From Trichoplax adhaerens (taxonomy: Eukaryota; Animalia; Placozoa): DNA of 64,000 nucleotides. The stretch spans positions 9,450,556 to 9,514,555 of the forward strand of contig NW_002060944.1 in the NCBI RefSeq assembly GCF_000150275.1, in the 5' to 3' direction. The notes beneath the pieces are model-generated. The model saw nothing but the letters and a program-made list of their open reading frames with translations. It did no database searches and was not told the origin of the DNA. Of the stretch, positions 15,157-26,027 are shown one piece after another (the stretch's first letter is position 1; the number at the start of each line of letters is the position of its first letter). A program made the translations under genes and the position numbers.

Positions 15157-16032
15157 ATGGCCAATTTAGCCAAAGCTTGCAATCATACTATCGACAACTC
15201 CATCTTGGATCAACAACAAGAAGCCAAATGGTCACAACCTTTCTACTTTATTTTTGGTGCTGATCCACAACTGGGTATCGTTACACAAGATGTAACATGG
15301 CAAGATGAAATTCAATATGTTCAAAGAGCCGTTGATGAAGTCAATAAAATGCAACCACCGCCTCGATTTTTCATGGTCGGTGGCGATCTCGTTAATTCAC
15401 CCCCTTCCAAACCAACACATCGCCAACAGGTTGAAGATTTCAAGAAAGCATTTGCTCAATTAAATCATCAAATTCCGTTAATGTGCTTACCAGGCAATCA
15501 TGATATTGGCGATACACCCACGCCCGACGATATTGCGACCTATCGTCAAGATTTTGGAGATGACTGGTATTCATTTTGGTGCGGTGGAGTTTATTTTATC
15601 GTCTTAAATTCTCAATATTATTATGATGGCTCTAATTTACAAGATATCAAGAAAGAGCAACATCAATGGCTAGAAGATCATCTCGTCGAGGCTCAACTCG
15701 CTCATGCCAAACACATTGTTCTTTTCCAGCATATTCCATTATGTTTACAAGGTATCGACGAAGAAGATACCTATTTTATCATTCCTAAAAAGGAACGATT
15801 ACCGCTCTTCTCCGCTTTGAAGTATCACGGAGTTGTATCTGTTTTTACTGGGCATCGTCATGCTAATGCAGACGTTAAAGTAGATGGTATCCAATTGACG
15901 ACAGCATCTTCGATGTCATTTCAACTTGGTAATGAAAAAAATGGTATCACAGTTGTCAAAGTTGACGACAAGGCAATTACATCGAAATATTATCAATACG
16001 ACGATTTACCGACAAAGATTACATTTGATTAA
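15157..16032 (+). CDS. CPPED1: Calcineurin-like metallophosphoesterase CPPED1, single coding exon, 291 aa
   Basis: WSQPFYFIFGADPQLG, GGDLVN, PGNHDIG, FGDDWYSFWCGGV, VLNSQYY, VLFQHIP, FTGHRH. The first true ATG is at 15157 (atcatcATGG); the listed ORF start at 15055 is a TTG. Confidence 0.93.
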   Translation: MANLAKACNHTIDNSILDQQQEAKWSQPFYFIFGADPQLGIVTQDVTWQDEIQYVQRAVDEVNKMQPPPRFFMVGGDLVNSPPSKPTHRQQVEDFKKAFAQLNHQIPLMCLPGNHDIGDTPTPDDIATYRQDFGDDWYSFWCGGVYFIVLNSQYYYDGSNLQDIKKEQHQWLEDHLVEAQLAHAKHIVLFQHIPLCLQGIDEEDTYFIIPKKERLPLFSALKYHGVVSVFTGHRHANADVKVDGIQLTTASSMSFQLGNEKNGITVVKVDDKAITSKYYQYDDLPTKITFD

Positions 16033-18568
16033 TTCAAAACCAATGACTGCTTTGAAAATATTCCACTCGTTAGTTAGCACGCGACTCTAAACATCGATAT
16101 TGCATCAATAGAGCACTTGAATGTATGCATCACATTTTACACATGCTGACCTACTGTATTATGAAGCAATGGACAATGTCCAAAATGTAAATTTCTGTTC
16201 TATACGTATGTAAGAGTATTGCTTGTATTTACTCCTATTGTCATTAGTGATAATGATGATCATCATAATCTAGTAGTCAGTAGTTGTCACGTTGAATGCT
16301 TACAATTTAATTTGTTCCAAGGCTGGACTAATAAAATTGAAGGAATAATAAAAGAATAGACTGAGAGTATAGCCATCATTTTATTAATTTGTATCAGTAA
16401 TATACAGTTGTATATTTTTATTTTATATTTAAAACTCATTACAATCGTCAATCTTTTAATAACAACTTTTAGCGATATTTTGGAACCAATGATTTCTTAT
16501 ACATTGCCCTTTCCTAGCAAATTAACAGTTTTAATTGGCAACATTGGAAATAAATTATACTTGTGGCATGATACTCATATTAGTTATCGAGTTTTTTTCT
16601 CCTTTTTTTCTTGAAAAATAGCAGCACACAATTAAACTTTTATGAATCTCTTGAATTTAACCCCAATCTGATAATTAGAAAAAATGAATCATCTTGTATT
16701 GCTTATCTTGTCTTTACTTTGATAACTTTAATAGTACGTTGTTCAATTCTCAATAAAAATCTATTCTCACTCTATGCTGCGACGCAAACCGGGGTAAAAC
16801 AAATTAAAATAAGGCTATTCATATACTGCATCCCACTTCTGTCGTAATTTCCTGTTATACGTACGGTACTATGCTATGCAATCTAGACGTGCTGAAATTC
16901 GATAGCATGCTTTGAAAACGATACTATTTATTAATATCAGATCGGAAATTTAATATTATGATGATGCGCTATCTCAATATCTATCGATTGAGGAGTAAAA
17001 TTCACGTTAAACTACTTTCACAACATCGGGCAATCTGAAGGAATTAAACGAATCAACTAGATATAGTTATGGCTTTCTCTGTCAATAGAGACATACATAA
17101 CATCTACAATTATTATAACTTATAAAGAGATCGCTGCTATTTAAGAATGATAGAAAATAAAAGTTCAACACCATTTCTGCTACTATACTATGGTAATTTA
17201 AATTGTCTACATAGTGTATGCCATTGTTTCGCCAACTTATTTATTTAATATTAATACTAAAACAATTGGTTATCAAAGTCACGGTTCCTTTCGTTATTCT
17301 ATACTAAGTCTTTCATTTGATACCATTTTAGGATCATACGGATCAAAACATCATTAATTATTTATTTACAGTTAGTCAGACAATTTGATATCTTGGTGTC
17401 TGTGTACTTCATAACGGATTCATGGCTACGTCTTGCATGTAGAGTATACATCCACAATATAGTATCATGTACACGTGTAGATCTAGTAGCCGAAAATGTA
17501 ATTATAGTCTTCATAAATTCTAGTAAATAATGTCAAAATAATAACGGTCAATAAAGAATCGATAGGACCACGTCATAATAAATAAAGACTGAAAGCGATC
17601 TATTGTAATATATGATACTAAATCCCATGGTTGAAGTAATCTAGTACTTAAAAACTCTTCACTTAAATTTTAATACTGAATTGCTATTACTTTTCATAAG
17701 TGTGTTAGCTATGTACTGTAGAATTTATGTGAGCTTTTGAAAGTCAATTTTTAACTTTATCTATTAGGTGAACTTACCATATTATTATAAGAGTACAGTT
17801 TCTTAAAAATTACTATATTGAATATACTGTAAACAATACTAGCGAAAACGTAACATATACATACTACACAACTATTAAGTACCTGAAATAAATCGCAGCC
17901 AAGAAATGTAGAGCATCTCTAACTTATTCACTGTCAGTATTTTTAGACACGCAAGCACAGCCTAATACAGCTTATACCGTACATCTTGAGCAATTGACAT
18001 ACTATAATTATACATGTATCGTTCAACTTCATGCTTCATCCCAATCAGTCATAGGTCCTACGAGTATTTACAAGTAATAATTAATATCAGTCCTAAGAAT
18101 TCTAGTGCGGCTACTCAATATCGAATCATCTGGTGCAATTCACTGTCGATCACATAACTGGATGATCGCTCATTTTAATGGCAAAACAAGAAACGAAGTA
18201 CATGTATCAACATGTACTGTCCAACAGCTTCAAGAAAGTACCGTATTAATAATCCCCGTCATGACATGAATAATAACTATCTCGATATACATTCAGTCAA
18301 TGATCTCTAAAACATAAAGGTTTATTTTTTAGAGATCCCAAGTACTGTACTACAAACATGCATCCACTTGTTATAAGTTGCACTCGTTTTAGTACAGTAA
18401 ATAGCATCTATTTCTTCACTTCCTATTCGAGATGACAAGTAAAGTTAGCAGTCTTCTACTATTACATGATCAATACCACGAGAAGACACAGCCAAAATTA
18501 ATTTGAAATTTTAATCATTTATTACTCAACAGTACATGACACGTCTATTAAACAGTAATTGGCCGAAT

Positions 18569-21035
18569 TTATGCAGTAGCTGCGATATCTTTCTTAAGGG
18601 TTCCCTAAAAGAGAATAATGTATAGCACACGTCACACTTACAGTGTTCAAATAATAACTTCAACTGTTGCAGGTAACTTACCATAAAGGCTTTCTTTTCA
18701 TCAAGAGTTTGGAACCTTCCATGGCCAAATTTCGATGTTGTATCCACAAATTTCAAATTAATCTTCTCCAATGCGACACGGCTAGTATGGACACGGCGAG
18801 ACTGAAAGAAAGGAAGCATGGTGAATCAGAAATGCCATTCTTGAGCTACTGTTCTGTACTGTACATCCAATAAGTGTTAGTTTTACCTTTCGTAAAGTGA
18901 TGACTCTTTTCTTAGGACCCATGACACATCCTTTCAACATTATGTAATCCTGTGTAACTACACCATAATGAGGGAATCCACCCTAAAAGTGAGAAATATA
19001 TGTCGAAATTTTAAAATAGACACAAATAGTAAGTGCCGTCAGTAACGCTAGCTCTTCAATTTACCACAGGAGTAATTTTCTTGACAGTCGTATCATATCC
19101 TGTACTAGCGTTCTTTTCATCTTTTCCAGAACCAATACGGTAAATCTTCTTGTTAACTTCAGTACGATGATGGTAACCAGTTTGACCAGCGCGAGCAATA
19201 GAAAAGCCAACACGACTAGGATGCCAAGAGCCAATACATGCAACCTTTCGTAAACCTTTATGCGTCTTCCGTGGTAATTTCTTCGTTCCCCATCGGAAAG
19301 TAACGCCTTATCACCAAAGTAGTAACATTATGAATTGTTTTTAATATTTCGATCAAGTAGATATCATGCTATCATCATTAGCGAAGGTAGTAATATGAGA
19401 AATTATCTAATATTTATGACATATTACAATATGACAGGGCATTGGAGTACCTCTAAATCCTTTTCCTTTAGTTGCACCAATTATATCAATCATTTCATCT
19501 TGGCTAAAAACGGTATCAGCTGGTACTTCTTTTTCTAACAGAGCACGGGCATAGTCTACCTTTTCAACGATATTACCTCCGTTAACTTGGATTTCCATGA
19601 CATGGGATTTCTTTTGTCGTAAAGCGACCAGTCTTATCTAAAACATTAATATTTAATTTAGATACTTTACAAGAAATAACATCTTGCTGTCGCAAACATT
19701 CTATGCAAGCCAGACTGCTTTCGTATCGAAGTACAAGTGCAGTAGGTCTCCCTCTGCTCACCTGAGTATGTGCAATAACACGGATGACTTTGCAATACTT
19801 TTTCATTTTTTCGAAATCACGTTCGATCGTTTGAACGCCGTTTGCGTCTCCATATCTCTTACATGATTTAGTGAAGGCCTTCTTCTTTGATCTATACCTG
19901 TTGCATTGAACATAATCCTCCTTACAGACCTGAAGTCTACATTTACTTTATCAAGAAACTTGCTAGGATTGTATGCGATCTTGCATTAATAGAGAGCTTA
20001 TCGCCAGATAGGTGTCTATAACAAATACATCTAAGCTTACGTACCAGTTCTTGTAAAAGCGACGCTTGCATTCTTCATTCAGATGTTCAGCCCAAACGGT
20101 CTTATAAGTACGAAGGCCACGAGGAGTTTCAATATAGCCAACGACACCTACAACAACCATTGGAGGAGTTTCCAGGATGGTAACAGCTTCTACTACTTCT
20201 TTCTTATTCATTTCTATAAGAGTAGAGATTACAGCCGTCATTTATAAACAGTAGTCGATTAATGAGAGACTTTGAAGCCAGATGTATTTTCTCATATCTC
20301 AACTCAAAGACGACAACAATTTATGAGAATAGTTCCATTTTAAAGTAACATTTCATCATACGGCAACTTATGCATCGTTGCCATATTCTGGAAATACTTG
20401 TATTACTTTAAGGCGTAACAAATTACACTAGCGCTGTATAACAAATCGTTCAATATTAATGCATAACGAAAGGCTATTGCCAATAAAAAAAGTTGTCTGT
20501 ACGTATGTACTATCGTAAAGTATTTGATATTAAAAATGATGATCTATTACTAGCATTGCACGATATCAAACTATCACTTGGCTCTTCCATTATTAGCTGT
20601 CTAGCTATTGAAGAACGGCGAAATACTAGTTACCGCCATCGTAAGAAGTTGTTGTACATTATGGCAGTTGAACTTACTTGAACCAGGACGATCAGGTTCA
20701 CGCAAGACATGAGTCATACCAGCCTTATAGGCCATAAATGCTGTAAGATGGCAAGGCTTGGTAGCGTCATCTTTAGGGAAAGACTTTACTTTTCCTCGAT
20801 GCTTTTTCGTTCTCTTACGTGGTAAGAACCCAAGGGAACCATGACGAGGAGCCGAGAACTTACGATGAGACTATATAATAGCGAATAAAATTTTATGATT
20901 ACATCTTTAGCCAAACAAAACTAGATCATCTTTTACAACGAAAGTGCCGAAGCAGTTTGATGATAAAAGAAATTTACGATCGTGCACAGAAATTGAAGAT
21001 TGGACTAGGATATTTTTCTTTACTGAACCTACCAT
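18569..21035 (-). CDS. RPL3: 60S ribosomal protein L3 (uL3), 9 coding exons
   Basis: Exons 21035-21033 (ATG only), 20870-20678 ([17 protein letters not shown]), 20213-20045, 19897-19762, 19637-19451, 19306-19065 ([21 protein letters not shown]), 18982-18887, 18801-18682 ([13 protein letters not shown]) and 18604-18569. All introns are GT-AG and in phase. AATAAA lies at 18523-18518. Confidence 0.98.
20281..20404 (-). ncRNA. Candidate intronic H/ACA-like snoRNA in RPL3 intron 2
   Basis: Two adjacent hairpins on - (TATGGCAAC/GTTGCCGTA closed by AAGTA/TACTT; TTCTCATA/TATGAGAA) are followed by aatACAtc. The hinge TAAAATGGAA does not match ANANNA exactly. Confidence 0.3.
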
Positions 21036-21058
21036 GATGGCTACTCGGATAAATTGCT

Positions 21059-21076
21059 AGAGAGAAGGAAGAAGGG
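21059..21076 (-). promoter_or_regulatory. 5' terminal oligopyrimidine / TCT-initiator tract of RPL3
   Basis: The minus strand reads CCCTTCTTCCTTCTCTCT, ending 23 nt before the ATG. Such tracts are an established feature of animal ribosomal protein genes. Confidence 0.75.
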
Positions 21077-21139
21077 TCACATGCAGCCTTAATATTGTGC
21101 CAAGCCTGCGCAAAAACGGCGTTATACGGTACACCGTGA

Positions 21140-22400
21140 TAAGATGCTGTAGTACAGTGCAGTATTGTAGCCTATGTACTGTACGCTACTGTCCCTCTTG
21201 AGCCATTTTGGATATTTTTTCGACAGTACTGTACACTGTACACTGTACAGGATGCGTCCCATACTGTGTGTACAGTGCACAGTGCACAGTACATACTGTA
21301 CTGTACAGTACTGTAGGTTTGGACGGTGTTATTGGACAGTACTGTACTGTGAGTGTACAGTAGGTTTGGACGGTGTTATTGGACAGTACTGTACGTACGG
21401 TACAGTATACTGTACTGTAGGTCTGTAGCAATCATACCGTTAGATTGCTATTGCCTTAATTCAATATTACCTGAACTCAGTACGTTACAAACTTGCTATT
21501 GTTACAGGTTCAATATTCAAAATCGTGATTGATTACTTACAGTAACCTACAAATGTGATATTCAATATTTATTCTACGCGTTAATAGTACGAACCTTCAA
21601 TTCGCTTGTTAGTATTAACTCTACAGTACTGTACAGTACAGTACTGTACAGATACAGTACACAATACACTCTCACTGTACACTGTACACTGTACTGTACT
21701 GTGAGATGTAGTGGAATTCTGTAAACCGCGAACGGCGGATGCAGAGAGATAGTGGCCCATGATGCCGTGCGTGCCACTACCGTATGCTCAGCTGTACAGT
21801 AACGTACACAGTACACTACACTACAACTTTGCGCTGTAGCCTGACCACTGACCAGCTCGGGCGACACGTCAGTCCTAGCGACACCATCGAAATCCCATGT
21901 ACCGTGTACTACTCTAATGTACTGTACAGTACCATACGAACTCTACTGTACTGTATACTGTACTGTATTCTGAGAACTTTCGATGCAGTGACGGTAGAAG
22001 GGTTTGATCTAGCACAGACTGCACACAGTGCACTACAGTACCATCATTAGCGATCAGTACAGTACAAATTAATCTGAGACTATCCCATTTTTACCTTTAT
22101 GGAGTATTTCGCCATACAGTACACAGTGTAGTACTGTCTATTTCATACAGTGACGTATAAATAACAGAGAAAATCCCTAGTACAGTAGTTATTTTCATTC
22201 TGGAATCTACAATATTAATGGAAACGTTTTACAGCACAGTACAGTACAATACTGTACTGCACTCTACTGATTCTGCTCCGTAAAACTGAAAGTTGTCCCT
22301 TTTCGAACCATCGTCGTCACGCTTCATTAACAGAAAGTACAGTACAGTACAAATGTACAGTACAATTCTGTACTGTACAGTACTGCACTCTACTGATTCT
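21140..22400. repeat. CAGTAC/TGTACA low-complexity island upstream of RPL3, including a 35-bp direct repeat with period 47 (21313 and 21360)
   Basis: Dense cagtactgtacagtac variants; gtaggtttggacggtgttattggacagtactgtac occurs twice. Confidence 0.85.
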
Positions 22401-22585
22401 GCTCTGTAACTTCAAGTTGTCCTTTCGGACCATCGTCGTCACGCTTTATTAAACATTATGCAATAACTGTAAACATAAGAGAGACACGATAAAGTCAATC
22501 CATTAGAGCGGCTGCGCGAAAGAAAGGGCTAAATTACAGTACACTCTACTGATTCTGCTCCGTAAAGTTCTCCCTTTTTGGACCG
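22237..22585. repeat. Direct repeat of about 95-120 bp, two full copies plus one partial
   Basis: cactctactgattctgctc(c/t)gtaa occurs near 22260, 22386 and 22542; ccatcgtcgtcacgctt follows in the first two. Confidence 0.9.
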
Positions 22586-23476
22586 TCAGCCCATGCTAAT
22601 GCCAACAGCCAGCCCAACACTATGTTGGACTTCCTCAATCCATACGGTAACGTACTGGACTTGAAGAACTGGTGCTCCCACGGCTAGCCCTTGTATCGAG
22701 TGAGTGAGTGGTCAAGTACTACGCAAATTGATATGTTGGACATGGTGGCCATAGGATTTAAAGCAAGCATGGAGACTGTCAGGCTACTTGACCATCAAAT
22801 ACTGTTCGTTGCTGTAGCATTGCTTGTCCGCATACTGCGATGGCAGAAAGGCATTGCAGGACGTCTGCAATGCTGCAGGAATAACTATTTATGGCGATGC
22901 TCATTTCATTTGAATGAAATCATTTTAATAGAACTTGAATGTGTTTGATTGAGCTGCGCTACTCAACTGTCTACGAGATGCTACTATTACTGCAGCTCAT
23001 TTCAACATGCATAACGATATCGTTGCAATGCTTCAACATGAACATGTCTATCGCAGAGAGTACAGTCTAGCGGTTGGCAATGAATAGCCATCAATACTAT
23101 TTAATGCTATGCAATGGATAAAGAACATGTTGGTAAATCTTGATCAATATCATGACAGTAAGGCTAAGGCAATGCATAAAAACAGCATAAAAACGTGCTT
23201 GCAAAATGACCATGATCGAAGCGGTCTCTACTGCTTACAAATGAAGTCATCGATGCAAAATATTTTCTGGCTGCAATTGTCAACAACATGTGAGGCACAT
23301 ACATTGAAATAGTCTACTAACAATCCTTCATTTTTAATTACAAATGTTGCTTTTCATACAAGCAACCAAGGAAACACGTCAATGATATAGTAATTTCTTA
23401 CATGGTCGGCACAAATATCAAAATACGCGATATTGAGGTAGTGAAAAATAGCAACGGTCGGAATGCTGCGTAATCA

Positions 23477-24643
23477 TTAATCTTGAGTGACCTTTTCCAA
23501 TTCAGCATACTCTGGCAAATCCTCTACTTTTTGAGGAACTTGCTTCGGCTCTACGGTCGATACTGGCGTATAAACAGCCGAATTGACCCTATGGATCTCT
23601 AGCCGACCACGAGGAAAATGTCGCTTGTAATATATAATAGCAATAGTCAGTAGAAAACAACAATCTAAAACCGCTAACGCAACATGGATCATGACAATCG
23701 CAGTAGTATTTAGAGGAACTGGAACAGATGGAGGCTTAGTAGTGATGCTAGAAGCTGTTGCAGTGGCTACTTGTTGACTAGTTGCAGCTTTCCATTGGCA
23801 TTTAGATCCGGTATATTCATCTGAACAGTAGCATGTTTGATTATTTTCATCATTTTGAACTAGAGAACAAACACCGTTATGCACGCAATGACAGTCATTT
23901 CCAGTTGCTCTTGCTGGCCCTGATACTATTGCTGATGCGGTTAAAAGTGTTGTATTCCATTTTCCAAGACATTCTATCCTTAAGCTATACAAGCCATAAT
24001 TCACCTACGTCAAAGAAAATTTCATTCTCCGTCTATTAATCACATAAAAAACACTTCAATCTAAGACCAATGTACCGTCCAATTTAAATATATCCTATGA
24101 ATAGTTGGTGCTCCATTCACGGTTTCCTACCTGAAAAAATTCAATGACATTGCCAGGAAATGAATTCGTCAAACTTGCGTTCAAAGGAGGACTTCTTATG
24201 GCTGCCAACACATTTTTTTCACATCCAAATACTTTCGCTCGCAATTGAAATGGAAAGACTGCTACTGTTAAAGTAATATTTGTAACGTCAGTTTGTGGTA
24301 TAACTTGGCCATCTTCATCCAACCATAGAATGACTCCTCTTGTCCGTGAATTGATATATAAAATATTTTCTTTCACTAAATTATTACCATTGTTACAACG
24401 AATGTAATAAAATTCTACTTCATCATCATAATTATAAGAGAACGTTATTCTATTATCAGTAGATTGTTGAATTTTGCCGTTAGGAAATGCTATGACTGTC
24501 CACTGAACCGACGATGATGGCTGAGTTGAAGACGGCATACAATAATCCACATATAAACTTGAAGGAGGCAATGTTACATTTTGACAGGAGCCAAAATATA
24601 AACTCGCATACAGCGATAAAAGTGCAGTAGCTAGAAAAGGCAT
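23477..24643 (-). CDS. Type I membrane protein of about 346 aa: signal peptide, unrecognised beta-rich ectodomain, one EGF-like domain, S/T/P stalk, TM helix, short tail
   Basis: join(24643-24131, 24004-23477) with donor CAG|gtagga and acceptor cgtag|GTG, phase 0. Signal MPFLATALLSLYASLYFGSC; EGF CHCVHNGVC-x11-CYCSDEYTGSKC; TM AIVMIHVALAVLDCCFLLTIAIIYY followed by KRH. Confidence 0.85.
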
Positions 24644-25888
24644 GTAGGTATATAATTTTGATCAACGAACAGATTTGGCCAAAAGAAGAAAACGATATAA
24701 ATTGCTATAAAACTAGAGATTACAGCCAGAAAAGCAGCCGGAGCAAATTCAAATGCTATAGACTTCGTCGCTTCAAATAGTGGATCAAATCCTTGGTTGT
24801 TAATATCAGTCATCATAGAAATGGAGTAGTGTTGATTATTGTTTGTCTTAATAATTGTTGTTGGCGGCCATAACAACTTGGATAAATAATCTGCTAGAAC
24901 CAAATAAAGTCCAGTTTACTGATGATGAATGATAAATCACGTGCAAATCAACATGTCCATAACTTGCTATAGGTAGGGTACGATACTATAAATGTACAGT
25001 AGATAGAAATTTTACCAGAGTAAATGCACAAGAAGTGCATCTATCTGTTTACTAGAAAGAAAAATATTCCAACCCAATTTGAAGACTAAATTTGGTATCA
25101 TAATGGTGTTTGGTAACTGATGCATCACTACCGGTATGTTGTGCTGTAAAACAAGATGTATTTCAATTCCAGCCAGTAACAAGCGTTATATCATGGCAGA
25201 ATCGAAAGCTAAATTAAATTATAGAGTATGTGGTAAATCTTATAGCGTTTGCATTTCATATTTGAAGTAAATTGTTTAAATACTTTCTACCGTAATTTGA
25301 CTGTGCTACTTCGGATTACGCTGACCTGAAACAATAATAACGTATAAAAACAAATCCACAAACAACATCAGCTATATGATACATGTTTTGTCAGTCATGA
25401 TAACACTAGTACTAAGATTATTTTGAATTTCGTAGATTGATAGAACTGATTCAGAGCGATATTTTTCAGAGACTACGTAAGAATTCGATATTAAGGAAAC
25501 AACTCAAAAATATGCGGCTAAATATGTAGACCATGATTATTTTTTTGATAGATCGGTCTACTTATTATTACTTTCAATTTGGCAAATGAAATTTTCTGAG
25601 CATAGCGGTATATAAATGTGGTGACGACAAATTACGGAAACGATTTTTCCGCATATACCAGCTATGAGTAATCAATTCTAGTGTTAAATTTCCATGCTAT
25701 AGTAAGTAGTACGCTAAGTGAACTACTGTCGTTCCGTTTTGATGGTGCTCTGCTGTCTACTATTAAAGAAGAAATAATCCATAAGATAGCAGCTCATTTT
25801 GCATACAATTGTAGTATTATCCAGGACAGTGTAAGGAAGACAGGCTTGTTCTAGGTTAAACATTTCCCTCGACATGTAACCTATGAGT

Positions 25889-26027
25889 AGGCAAATTAAA
25901 ATCCTTGTCATAGATTAAAGATATTCCTCATCATTTAACCCCTGAATAGGGAAAATTAAAATCCTTGTTATAGACTAAAGATTTTTCCTCATCGTTTAAC
26001 TCCTGAGAAGGCAAATTAAAATCCTTA
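25889..26027. repeat. Tandem repeat of about 60 bp, roughly 2.3 copies
   Basis: aaattaaaatcctt occurs at about 25893, 25953 and 26013; taaagat.ttcctcatc.tttaac occurs twice. Confidence 0.9.

Noticed and set aside
19310-19380. Box C-like ATGATGA in RPL3 intron 5 (also at 20353-20359)
   Set aside because: No downstream CTGA box D or terminal stem within the intron.
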